From Candidatus Bathyarchaeota archaeon (GTDB lineage Archaea > Thermoproteota > Bathyarchaeia > Bathyarchaeales > Bathycorpusculaceae), in the NCBI GenBank assembly GCA_963717465.1, contig OY970340.1, positions 2,528,001 to 2,592,000 of the forward strand: a stretch of DNA of 64,000 nucleotides, written 5' to 3'. Numbering within the stretch: the first letter of the stretch is position 1; each line of letters begins with the position of its first letter. The notes beneath the pieces were generated by a model, which saw only the letters and a program-made list of their open reading frames with translations, was not told where the DNA came from and made no database searches. Of this stretch, positions 31,840-41,831 are shown in pieces. The position numbers and the translations under genes are program-made.

Positions 31840-34019
31840 TTAGCTTCTTTGATTATAGTAAGCAAGATAATATTGAACAAATAATTGTAAATCCTCAAAG
31901 TTTAATACGCCATCATGATTCAAATCGCATCTTGGATTTAGGAAACCAGTCTGATAATGAATTACGTAATAATGGACGAAATATTGAAGGTCTGCAAAGT
32001 TTACTTTTCCATCTTGGTTTAAATCGGCTTGGTAGTATACTGTTAAGTTGGAGAAATTTTGGAGTCCGTTGTATGTTGCTGTGACTGCCCAGTTTCCCAT
32101 GTTATCGGAGGTGTAATTGCCACTTGTCCATGAGCCACCAGCTCCAGAAGTTATGCTCCACAAGCACGATGCAGTGGCATCCCAAGAATTGCCATAACTA
32201 TCGATTGCAGTGGTTGTATAAATTTGGCCGCAACCGGCATTTATTGAGGCGGTATCTGGGCTGATGGTGATGCTTTGAGCTGTTGCATGGTTAACGCTTA
32301 AAGAGGTTGTGGATAGTAAATTGTTTAAAATGCCTGTGATTGTCCAGTTCCTGCTTTAGCTGCAGTATATGTGTTGCCTGTCCAGTTGCCGCCAGCCTGA
32401 GGGTCAATATTCCAAGCTGTTGAGGTGGTTACATCCCACGAATTACCATAAGGGTCGTAGGCAGTGGCGTTGAAAAGTTGGCTTTGACCGGCAGTAATTG
32501 ATGAGTTTTGAGGAGATATAGCTATGTTAGAGGCTGATGCATGCATAACGTTAAGCTGTGCAGTGCCTGAGGTGTTGCCTAATGAAGCGGTGATAGCCCA
32601 AACCCCGGCCATGGCCGAAGTATACACGTTTCCTGACCAAGATCCGCCAGCACCAGCACTTGTACTCCAAGAAGTTGAATTAGTCACATCCCATGTGTTC
32701 CCGTAAATGTCTGAGGCAGTTGCTGTAAAAGATATTGAAGAACCAGCAGATATTGAAGTATTGTGTGAAGAAATTGTGACGCTGTAAACGTTAGCATAGC
32801 TTACGGTTAAAGTGGTCGTTCCAATTATACCCGAATAATTACCAGTTACTGTCCAAATGCCAGCTTTCACACATGAGTAAACATTCCCGCTCCATGCACC
32901 GCCAGCTGCTGATGTTATACTCCATGATGTTGAACCTGTGACATCCCAAGTATTCCCATAGAAGTCGGAAGCGGTAGCAGTAAACGTTACCTGAGAGCCT
33001 GCTGCAAAGGTTGGATTAGTTGGGGTAATGGTTAGGTAAGATGGGGTGGAATGTGTTACGGTTAAGGAAGCAGTATCAGAATACCCTAGATAAGTTCCTG
33101 TTACGATCCAAGTTCCCACTTTGGCTGAGGTGTAAACATTATTTGACCAAGAACCGCCAGCATTTGCATCTATTTGCCAGTTTGTCAAATTAGTAACATC
33201 CCAGATATTACCAAAAGAATCTTGAGCAGTTGCTGTGAAAGTTACCGAGTTCCCAGCTGATACAGATGGGGTTTTTGGACTTAATGTTATGCTGATAGCT
33301 GTTGACGGATTAACCGTTAAAGACGCTTGGGCAACAAACGTTCCCTCATACGTTCCCTCGTATATCGCTGTGTAAACTGCTGTAACTGTAAAGGTTCCAG
33401 CCTTTGCGGATGTGAAAGTTGAGCCGGACCAAGTGCCTCCTGAACCGTAACTAACAAACCATTGAGTTGAACTGGAAACATCCCATGAGTTGCCAAAGCT
33501 GTCATCCGCTGTAGCGGTGTACGTTTGCTTAGAGCCAGCAGTGATAGTCGCAGTTTTTGGAGAGATTTGAAGTTGAACAGGTGTGGATGGAGTAACAGTT
33601 ATTTGACTGGATGTCGCTGACATAGATCCATCGGTAACTGTGATATTTTGGGAGCCAGCTGTAACCAGATTGAAACCTGAAAACGTATGCACACCGTTGT
33701 CGCCTGAACTACCAGTTGTGAAGGTATAGGTGCTCGTGGAGACATAGGGTAAGGTTGCTTTTGGATCACTTGATGTGAAATAAACTTTACCTGTGTAGTT
33801 AGTCCAGACCTGCCCGCTAGCATAATAAACCGTAACGGTTATGTCACTGAAACTTTGGCCAGCAGTAACAGAAGTTGGGCAACCGGTTATTGTAAAGTGA
33901 TAAGTTGCAGTAGCTGCCATGACAGTAGCGCCTTGAGGCGCAATTAAAGATTCACCTACGTAAATGGTTGACAACAATATTAAGAATAATAGTACAATAA
34001 CTCGTATAACATTCCTCAT
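31840..34019 (-). CDS. Secreted protein with six Ig-like repeats and a C-terminal dockerin-like module, frameshifted near 32345
   Basis: Signal peptide; ~85-aa repeats I.P....AG...F.ATA.D..GN.WDV....W.....GG.W; DLNQDGKVNFADLQYFV and DLNHDGVLNFEDLQLFV. Confidence 0.8.
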
Positions 34020-34192
34020 GGCAAGCCCTCGCTTTGCTAAGCTTCTTCTCACATTCTCTCTCTTTTCATGAAAGCGGTGACTTGGGTATTTACCGCTTTC
34101 CTACTTAGTATAAGGGGAGTCTAGTATGAGATTATGAGAAAAATAGTCACCACATAGAAATATAAAAAAATAAATAGACTATATTTGCCGAT

Positions 34193-34780
34193 TTAGCTAT
34201 ATTTCGATTGGGCAAATGCGACATATGCATGTACGTATATTTGAAGGTCTGTGAAGTCGATTTTTCCGTCGTTGTTCAGGTCGCAAGCTTGGGTGGCTGG
34301 AGTGAGCGCATGTATTTGGTTGTAGTTTATGTAGGCCTTAACAAAGTAAACTGTGTCTTGGAAGTTTACATTTCCGTCATGGTTAAAGTCCAAGTTGTAT
34401 AACGTTAAGCTGATTGTAGAACTGCTGGCTCCATTGTTTGTGTCACCGTTATAGTTGGCTGTTATTGTTACGTTGCCTGTTTGGGTATCATTGTAAGTGA
34501 CAGATGATTGCCCGGCAGTTACTTGTGTTGTTGTACTGTTGAATTCGCCTGTGGTACTATTTGTCGCCCATGTTATGGTGCCAGTAGGGTTTGTTCCGGT
34601 TATGGTGGCGGTTAAGGTAATTGTCGAATTGGCGTTAAGGTATAAGGGATTGCAGTAACACGAAATTTGGGTGCTACTTGCTGCTTGTTCAGTCGCTGCG
34701 GCGAAATGGTTTAATGAAATTACAGGGATACTTAAAAAAAGAAGCAAGAATATTGCCGTTGTAATTATTTTGTTTTTCAT
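34193..34780 (-). CDS. Secreted Ig-like (Big_3-like) domain plus dockerin-like protein
   Basis: Signal peptide; TLTATI...PTGTITW...ITANYNGDTN; DFNHDGNVNFQD and DLNNDGKIDFTD. Confidence 0.8.
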   Translation of the reverse strand: MKNKIITTAIFLLLFLSIPVISLNHFAAATEQAASSTQISCYCNPLYLNANSTITLTATITGTNPTGTITWATNSTTGEFNSTTTQVTAGQSSVTYNDTQTGNVTITANYNGDTNNGASSSTISLTLYNLDFNHDGNVNFQDTVYFVKAYINYNQIHALTPATQACDLNNDGKIDFTDLQIYVHAYVAFAQSKYS

Positions 34781-34944
34781 TTTATTTTTTCTCCGATGTA
34801 TGTCAAGAGTGTTGAATCAATATTTGATATTTGTCGCTATAGAAAAATGGTATCAAGTAGTTTCGCTTAAACGCTATTTAGATAATAGGTCTAAAAAGCT
34901 TAAAACTAAATAGCTTATATGACTGATTTTAAGACTATGATTCA

Positions 34945-36489
34945 TTAGGGATTGATTAGAAAATTTGCTGCTGACTCAGGCGATAATGGAGCGGAAGAGT
35001 TTGTGAGCAAACAAACATACGCCGTTGCTTCTCCTGGGAATGCCCATAACGGGATAGTGACGGCGGCATCTATAATGGTGAGGTTTCCGCCCAGTTGAGT
35101 TATCGGTATAGTTGAAGAGGCGATAGGTACACTTGCGTTGTCAAATATTGTGATACACAACCCGGTGAACGGCGCAATCATATCATCGTTGTTTATAGTA
35201 AGTTGTATGGACATTGTTTCGCCTACGTTAACACTAGTAGGGATGGTAATATTTTCGACTTCGCTAAGATAAGTAAAAGTGAAGCTTTCGGTATCGCTTA
35301 CGGGTGCTATTTGACCTAGAACTGTAGCTGATGCTGTTATGGACCAATTTCCAAACAAGTTTTCCGTTGGGTTAGGGTCAGGAAGTCTAAAGTTGGTATA
35401 TGCTATGCCTGTTCCATTTGTAACGTTGCTTACAGTAGATATAAGCGAGCCGTTCGGGCATTGTATACTAAAATCCACGAGGGCACCTGGCACGGAAACA
35501 TTCTGGTCAGTAGCCAACCCATAAATTTGAACAAGTTGCAAAGGTCCATACGTATCGGCATCAGTGAAAACTTGGAGATTGAATGATTGAACCACGTTTA
35601 TTATTGCACTCGCACTATCCGCGGTATCATTGGCGGTGATTATCAGTATTATACGAAAGGTGCCTTCAACCGAAGCGTTAAATGTTGTAATTTCGCCGGT
35701 TAAAGATGTAAATGTTGTTCCGTTGAGGTACTCGACACCCCATAAGTAGTCGGTTATGTTGAGGGTTTGATTATTTTCATATCCTGGCTGTGACGAGTTT
35801 GCATTTAATGTTACGGTTGAACCTATCAAGAAAATTGATCCGTCAGCTGGAGAGAACCTGGCTACTGGATTCTGGATTGATGAATTTTGCGAAGGAGACG
35901 ACGAAACAAAAATTGCGTTTGCGTAGGCAAATCCTGTGGATGTTCCAGTTGGATAGATATTTCCGATTGTCGGAGATACCAAATAGAACAATTGACCTGA
36001 GGGACTAATATCGAAAGTAATGTTGCTTTGACCACTGCCGATGACCTGGAAAATAATTTGCCCTAAGACCACGTCGTTATCTGGTTCAATAGTGGCAGAT
36101 GCATTAGCTGTATCCAAGATTGTTTGAGCAAAGTCATATTCTGAACTATTAACTGCAACATCAGTAGATACAAGGTGACTGCCCCAACATGAACCATCTG
36201 CAGTGGAAACAATATCAAGAACTGCAGGATTGTAAATTACGCCGTATGTTGCACCATCGATACCGCCTGAAACAAAACTCGCATTATCCAACCTCACATC
36301 AACAGTAAACTGCGAGCCAATCGCAGCCTGAGGTATATAGGATGTTACAGATGACCCAGCATCACCAGTTGGCACAATACTAAGCACAGGCGTTGTACCA
36401 CTCTCGTCAGCTTTGATTTGATAAGCAAAGAATATAGAGAAGCCTATGATCAGTAGCATGCCTAAGCAAATAACACATTTCCGTTTCAT
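34945..36489 (-). CDS. Secreted cohesin-like protein with a PKD-like domain and the shared C-terminal beta-sandwich pair
   Basis: GSQFTVDVRLDN..GATYGVIYNPAVL...VLGQIIFQVIGSGQSNITFD; NPVARF...TLNA.SS...YLW. Confidence 0.75.
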   Translation of the reverse strand: MKRKCVICLGMLLIIGFSIFFAYQIKADESGTTPVLSIVPTGDAGSSVTSYIPQAAIGSQFTVDVRLDNASFVSGGIDGATYGVIYNPAVLDIVSTADGSCWGSHLVSTDVAVNSSEYDFAQTILDTANASATIEPDNDVVLGQIIFQVIGSGQSNITFDISPSGQLFYLVSPTIGNIYPTGTSTGFAYANAIFVSSSPSQNSSIQNPVARFSPADGSIFLIGSTVTLNANSSQPGYENNQTLNITDYLWGVEYLNGTTFTSLTGEITTFNASVEGTFRIILIITANDTADSASAIINVVQSFNLQVFTDADTYGPLQLVQIYGLATDQNVSVPGALVDFSIQCPNGSLISTVSNVTNGTGIAYTNFRLPDPNPTENLFGNWSITASATVLGQIAPVSDTESFTFTYLSEVENITIPTSVNVGETMSIQLTINNDDMIAPFTGLCITIFDNASVPIASSTIPITQLGGNLTIIDAAVTIPLWAFPGEATAYVCLLTNSSAPLSPESAANFLINP

Positions 36490-36653
36490 TTAGGGAACCC
36501 CCTCTGACGTTCTTTTTATTAAATTGGTTACCGATGCGTGGAGTGCGTGGCTTGCTGTTTTTGAGTGTAAGAAATTGATAAGCCTAACATCCCAAGTAAA
36601 AGTGTTGCCTAGGAATTCTTTTTTAGACATGTTTTGTCTTCCGTTTTGATATT

Positions 36654-37994
36654 TTAAGCTGTAATTTGGAAGTTTGCTGTTTGTTGTGGGCAAACAGGAA
36701 CGCCTCCAGTAAGGGGATTTTGTGTTAGGACGTTAACGTATATTGTTGCTGTTCCTGTAAAAGCCCATGTTGGAATGGATATCTGGGTTGTAAATGTATT
36801 TCCTGTTATGCAGTTGGAGTTTATCAGGACGGTGCTTATGGGGACGCTTGCATTGTCATATACGGTAATAGAGACAATCGACCAAGTTGAGTTTTCGAGG
36901 TTTGGTAGAGTTATACTGACAGACATTGTAGACCCTCTGGCAATGGTCGCTGGTAAGGTGATGCCGATTTGAGTGGTTACAACTGTATTATACGTGAAAT
37001 AGACTGTATCGCTTGCGACGACTTGAGCAACTTGCACTGAGGCAAGAACTGACCATATTCCAAAATTGTTAGTGCCGTTATCAGGTGTTCTATACGATTG
37101 ATATGCGATTCCTGATGAGTTTGTTAATGATGATGTGATGGATATAATTGTTCCATTCGGATCACAAACCGTGAATACAACCTGCTCGGGATTTGTTACG
37201 GGTTTACCGTTCTCTGTTACAAGAGCATACAATTGTATTAATTCACCTGGAACGAAGCCGGGGCTTGTCGCGTTGGGTCCTATTCCGCCTTTATTGGTAA
37301 ATACATCAATGGCGACAGATGGACTTGGCGAAGGAGACGGACTCGGAGAAGGAGAAGGGCTTGCAGATGGACTTGGCGAAGGAGACGGACTCGGAGAAGG
37401 AGAAGCGTTGTAAATTGCGTTTGCATAGATAAACCCTGAAGGTGCCCCAGTTGGATAGATGTTTCCAGTTGTCGGAGATGACAAATAGAACAATTGACCT
37501 GAGGGACTAATATCGAAAGTAATGTTGCTTTGACCACTGCCGATGACCTGGAAAATAATTTGCCCTAAGACCACGTCGTTATCTGGTTCAATAGTGGCAG
37601 ATGCATTAGCTGTATTCAGGATCGATTGAGCAAAGTCATATTCTGAACTATTAACTGCAACATCAGTAGATACAAGGTGACTGCCCCAACATGAACCGTC
37701 AGCAGTGGAAACAATATCAAGAACTGCAGGATTGTAAATTACGCCGTATGTTGCACCATCGATACCGCCTGAAACAAAACTCGCATTATCCAACCTCACA
37801 TCAACAGTAAACTGCGAGCCAATCGCAGCCTGAGGTATATAGGATGTTACAGATGACCCAGCATCACCAGTTGGCACAATACTAAGCACAGGCGTCGTGC
37901 CACTTTCGTCAGCCGCAATCAGATGAATAAAAGAGAACACAGAAAAAATTATAACTACTATTACAGCTAAAGCAAAGATGATTTTCCGTTTCAT
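36654..37994 (-). CDS. Secreted cohesin-like protein with a Pro/Ser linker and the shared C-terminal pair
   Basis: Cohesin-like module nearly identical to that of 34945; (SP)n linker. Confidence 0.75.
   Translation of the reverse strand: MKRKIIFALAVIVVIIFSVFSFIHLIAADESGTTPVLSIVPTGDAGSSVTSYIPQAAIGSQFTVDVRLDNASFVSGGIDGATYGVIYNPAVLDIVSTADGSCWGSHLVSTDVAVNSSEYDFAQSILNTANASATIEPDNDVVLGQIIFQVIGSGQSNITFDISPSGQLFYLSSPTTGNIYPTGAPSGFIYANAIYNASPSPSPSPSPSPSASPSPSPSPSPSPSPSVAIDVFTNKGGIGPNATSPGFVPGELIQLYALVTENGKPVTNPEQVVFTVCDPNGTIISITSSLTNSSGIAYQSYRTPDNGTNNFGIWSVLASVQVAQVVASDTVYFTYNTVVTTQIGITLPATIARGSTMSVSITLPNLENSTWSIVSITVYDNASVPISTVLINSNCITGNTFTTQISIPTWAFTGTATIYVNVLTQNPLTGGVPVCPQQTANFQITA
37316..37405. 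repeat. 48-bp-period tandem duplication encoding the SP linker
   Basis: 42-bp stretch at 37316-37357 repeated at 37364-37405. Confidence 0.9.
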
Positions 37995-38274
37995 TCAAGA
38001 GTCTCCTGTTTGACAAAGGAGGCTTTGCCGAAGGTGAATTTTACCAGACATAACCAATTTATGGTATCTATTGGCAGATTGAAGCCTCTCCCTTTGGTTG
38101 GAGAGTAATTGGCTGTTAACTATTTTACCTTAGCCAAATAGAATATGTAGACAATATAGTTTAATTTTAAACTCGTTTTCATGTTGTTTCGTGGAGTAGC
38201 TAGTAAGCTATTTTTTGATAGGCAATAGTTTGAGTTTTAGGTTGTTTATTGATTTAGCCCATCTTAAATTGAGT

Positions 38275-38991
38275 TTATTTTCTGCGATTTTTTTTACTTT
38301 TTTTGTTTTTAGTTAATACCAGTAAGATGGCTACGGCGATAATTATTGCTGGTATGGCAAAGAGGGCTATGGATTCTAAGAGGTTTGAAGATGATGCTCC
38401 TTTGGCATAAATTGCGCCTGCAGTGATTAATCCTTGAGCTGTACCTATGTCTTGACCTGATGGAGTAGCGATATAGAGCAAGTTGTTTCCGCTAAGATCA
38501 AAGAATATGTTGCTTTGACCAGTGCCAACAACTTGGAAAGTGATCTGGCCTAAGACTACCGCGTTATATGGCTCAATAGTGGCCGAAGCATTGGTTGTAT
38601 TCACGATTATTTGGTTGAAGCTAAAGCATGAATCATTATTTTGTGGGAAGACGTCAGCGAAAATGGCGCTGTCATTGCCGCCCCAGCATGCCCCATCTGA
38701 ACTGGAGACAAATTTTAGAACTGAAGGGTTCCAGGTAACAGCGTAAGTTGCGCCGCTGACACCGCCTGAAACAAAACTCGCATTATCCAATCTAATATCA
38801 ACAGTAAACTGCGAGCCAATCGCAGCCTGAGGTATATAGGATGTTACAGATGACCCAGCATCACCAGTTGGCACAATACTAAGCACAGGCGTCGTGCCAC
38901 TTTCGTCAGCCGCAATCAGATGAATAAAAGAGAACACAGAAAAAATTATAACCACTATTACAGCTAAAGCAAAGATGCTCTTGTGTCTCAT
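38275..38991 (-). CDS. Single cohesin-like module with C-terminal TM anchor
   Basis: Signal peptide, cohesin-like module, TM followed by KNKKSKKNRRK. Confidence 0.78.
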   Translation of the reverse strand: MRHKSIFALAVIVVIIFSVFSFIHLIAADESGTTPVLSIVPTGDAGSSVTSYIPQAAIGSQFTVDIRLDNASFVSGGVSGATYAVTWNPSVLKFVSSSDGACWGGNDSAIFADVFPQNNDSCFSFNQIIVNTTNASATIEPYNAVVLGQITFQVVGTGQSNIFFDLSGNNLLYIATPSGQDIGTAQGLITAGAIYAKGASSSNLLESIALFAIPAIIIAVAILLVLTKNKKSKKNRRK

Positions 38992-39238
38992 CTAAGAGTC
39001 TCCTTTTTAACTAAAAGGTCAAAGGCGAATTTCATCAGACATAATCTAGCGACAGAATTTTTTGGCATATTCAGTCCTCTCCCCTTTGGGAAAAGATGGA
39101 TCGTTAAATTATTTTACCTTAGCCATATAGAATATGTAAAAAATATAGTTTATTTTGGCTGTATTTTTGCTTGTGATTAGCAAGTTATTGTTTGATAGGC
39201 TATGGTTTGAGTTTTAGGTTGCTTATTGATTTGGCGAT

Positions 39239-40396
39239 TTAAAAAAAGTTAATTTTTGGGGTTTTTCTTTTTTTATTTAACATTATCGCTATGGCTATGA
39301 CAATAATTATTGCTGCTGCGATTGGCAAAATTATGAATTCTATGAGGTTTGAAGAGTTGCCTTTTGTTGTGTCGGGTGTGTCAGTTGGCGATGCTGTTGT
39401 TGTTGGTGATGGCGTTGGTGTTGGCGTAGATAGTTGATTTGTTCTGCCGACTACAAGTGAAGTCCCATTCAAGGCTGCTGCTGGAATATTTCCTGTAACT
39501 GTATCTGGCGAAGTAAACATAGTAGCGACTAATACCCAGTTGATCCCATTCCAGTACTCAATCTGGCTGAGGCTGTTGAATGCTTGGTTTGTTATGCTGA
39601 CTTTTGCGTTGACATTTGAGCTCAAGGCTCCGCTGCTGGAGGTAACAGTTACATCGTAAAAGACTGCGTCGTTAAGGGATACGGGGTTTGTACCCGATGG
39701 CTGAGTGCTTTCATAGTTGGTTGAGGTAACAGTGACTTGCGCGCCATTGGGAAGTGTAGATAAGGAACCGGTGATTGTAACGCTGACACCTGTTGTTGCC
39801 GATTCGTCTACAATTGCCGAATTATTGCTGACCGGTATTGTTTCAGTAGTGGTGGTTGCTACTGTTATGGTTGCGTTGACTGCCGTGCTTGGCATGGCTT
39901 GTGTGTCGATGGTGTTGTAAATGTTTGTTTGACCGAACGTTATTTGTGATGTTCCTATTTGGAGTACGGTGAATGTTAGTGTTAACAGAACGCCGCTGCC
40001 ACTTACGCCTGCTTCTGCGTATGTTCCGTTAGGCAGTTCGTATTGTGCATCTGCTACTTCTGAAATGTATCCTTGGTAAATAGTTTGGTAGGAGGGGACT
40101 GGAGCAGAGACGAATATAGTTTTTCCTGCTTGTTGGAGGAACGGACCTTCAGTAACACTTGTCAGGTTGAGCATTGATGGATTGAATGTTATATTTTCTA
40201 GGTCCCATGACCAAAGGTCTTGAACGTTGTTTATTGTAATGTTAGCTTGTATGCTGTTCCCTATGTTTGCGTTGATATTTTGTGTGTTGGAGTCAACTGT
40301 TATTGTGGGTGTTGTGGTTGCTTGGGTAATGTTGATTGTGTAAGCGCTTGTTAGTATGAGTACAACTAAAAACAAGGCTACTATAAATTTTTTCAT
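39239..40396 (-). CDS. Cohesin-like protein (second subtype) with an extra domain, PT linker and TM anchor
   Basis: ITINNVQDLWSW...FNPSMLNLTSVTEGPFL...GVSGSGVLLTLTFTV...GTSQITF; TM followed by KKRK. Confidence 0.8.
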   Translation of the reverse strand: MKKFIVALFLVVLILTSAYTINITQATTTPTITVDSNTQNINANIGNSIQANITINNVQDLWSWDLENITFNPSMLNLTSVTEGPFLQQAGKTIFVSAPVPSYQTIYQGYISEVADAQYELPNGTYAEAGVSGSGVLLTLTFTVLQIGTSQITFGQTNIYNTIDTQAMPSTAVNATITVATTTTETIPVSNNSAIVDESATTGVSVTITGSLSTLPNGAQVTVTSTNYESTQPSGTNPVSLNDAVFYDVTVTSSSGALSSNVNAKVSITNQAFNSLSQIEYWNGINWVLVATMFTSPDTVTGNIPAAALNGTSLVVGRTNQLSTPTPTPSPTTTASPTDTPDTTKGNSSNLIEFIILPIAAAIIIVIAIAIMLNKKRKTPKINFF

Positions 40397-40528
40397 GCGT
40401 TATTCCTCTCCCTTTGTTTTCTATTGTTTGGGTGCGGTTATTCAGGGTATCGAAAATAGTGTATTGAGTTCTGTGTTATCTATATAGAAAGAGAAAACCT
40501 TTGGTTTGGAGGGTTTGGATTAGGGTGG

Positions 40529-41824
40529 TTATTTTTTTCTTAGCCAGAAAGTTGATCCGCCTACCGCTAGGATGGTAACGATTATTATTATTCCTAGGTC
40601 CAGTGGTGCCAGATCAATGTTGGATGTCGAATCTGAACTGTATCCAGTTGATGAAGAGGGAACGTAAATGTTGTAGGTTGTGGTATCTGTGAGGTTTTCA
40701 GGATCAACGACTGTTAAGGTTACGTTGTAGTGACCGCCTGTGGAGAATGTATATGTTCCGTTTATGCCGCTGAAGGACTTCTGGGCATATTCAGACCCAA
40801 GGCTATCAAGATTTGTAATAGTCCATAGGTATTGTGTTATGGTTATGTTGTTTGTTTCACTACTTTGTGAGCCGTCTAAGGTCACTGTTTGGTTTAATTG
40901 GATAGTTTCTCCCTGAGTTATTCCTGTGATGACGGCGTTGGGTGTGGAGGTGTTTTGAACTATTATAGTTATGTTAGCGGTGCTGATGCCGTTTGAATCG
41001 GTGACGGTTAATGTAACGTTGTATATGCCTATCGTGTTGAAGGTCCAGGTTACCGTTTTGTTATTGCCTATCATTGTTTGTGATGTCCCATTGTTAAATG
41101 TCCATGTGTAATTGGCGTTGGGGTCTGCTGAAAATGATTGTGTGCCGTTTAATGTGACTGGGGTTCCGGCGGTTACTGTTTGTGAGGGTCCGGCGTTTGC
41201 TGTTGGCTTTCCGCAGTTGCATGAGACTACTGCATTTGTAAAAGTAAATCCTGTTGGATTGCTGTCAGAAAGGGGGTATATGTTTGTTGGCAGATAACTG
41301 GTCGGGGATGATAAATAGAACAGGATGTTTCCGCTATTGTCGAAAGCTATGTTGCTTTGTCCACCGCCAATAACTTGGAAGGTGATTTGTCCTAAGACTA
41401 CCGCGTTGTCTGGTTCAATTGTGGCTAATGGATTGGCTGTATCCATGATTGATTGGGCGAAATCGAATTCTGAATTATTAAGTGCAACATCGGTAAATGC
41501 ACTTTTGCTCCCCCAGCATGCACCATCTGCGGTGGAAACCATTTCAAGAATTGCAGGATTCCAGGTGATTCCGTAAGTTGCGCCACTGATGCCTGCTGTG
41601 ATGCTTTGGGCATTGTCAAGTCGGATGTCTACTGTGAACTGGGAGCCAATAGTATTTTCTTGAAAGTTGTTGTTGTTTGTTGTTCCTGAAAGAACGATGC
41701 TTAATGTTGGTGTTTGCTGTGTTTGGGCTTTTGTTATATTTGTTGTAGAGATTAGAATTAAGGTTAGGGTTAAGAGTGTTAGTAGTAGGATGATTGGGGT
41801 TTCTTTCTTTTTGTTTTTTTTCAT
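40529..41824 (-). CDS. Cohesin-like module plus two PKD domains plus TM anchor
   Basis: Cohesin-like N-terminus; PTANAGP...VTLNG..S...YTWTF...G.YNVTLTVTD occurs twice; TM followed by RKK. Confidence 0.82.
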   Translation of the reverse strand: MKKNKKKETPIILLLTLLTLTLILISTTNITKAQTQQTPTLSIVLSGTTNNNNFQENTIGSQFTVDIRLDNAQSITAGISGATYGITWNPAILEMVSTADGACWGSKSAFTDVALNNSEFDFAQSIMDTANPLATIEPDNAVVLGQITFQVIGGGQSNIAFDNSGNILFYLSSPTSYLPTNIYPLSDSNPTGFTFTNAVVSCNCGKPTANAGPSQTVTAGTPVTLNGTQSFSADPNANYTWTFNNGTSQTMIGNNKTVTWTFNTIGIYNVTLTVTDSNGISTANITIIVQNTSTPNAVITGITQGETIQLNQTVTLDGSQSSETNNITITQYLWTITNLDSLGSEYAQKSFSGINGTYTFSTGGHYNVTLTVVDPENLTDTTTYNIYVPSSSTGYSSDSTSNIDLAPLDLGIIIIVTILAVGGSTFWLRKK

Positions 41825-41831
41825 TTTGTTT

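Noticed and set aside
35980..38978. Diversity-generating retroelement (template/variable repeat pair)
   Set aside because: No reverse transcriptase in the window; all copies lie in the 5' coding part of intact paralogs, and the mismatches are not confined to adenines
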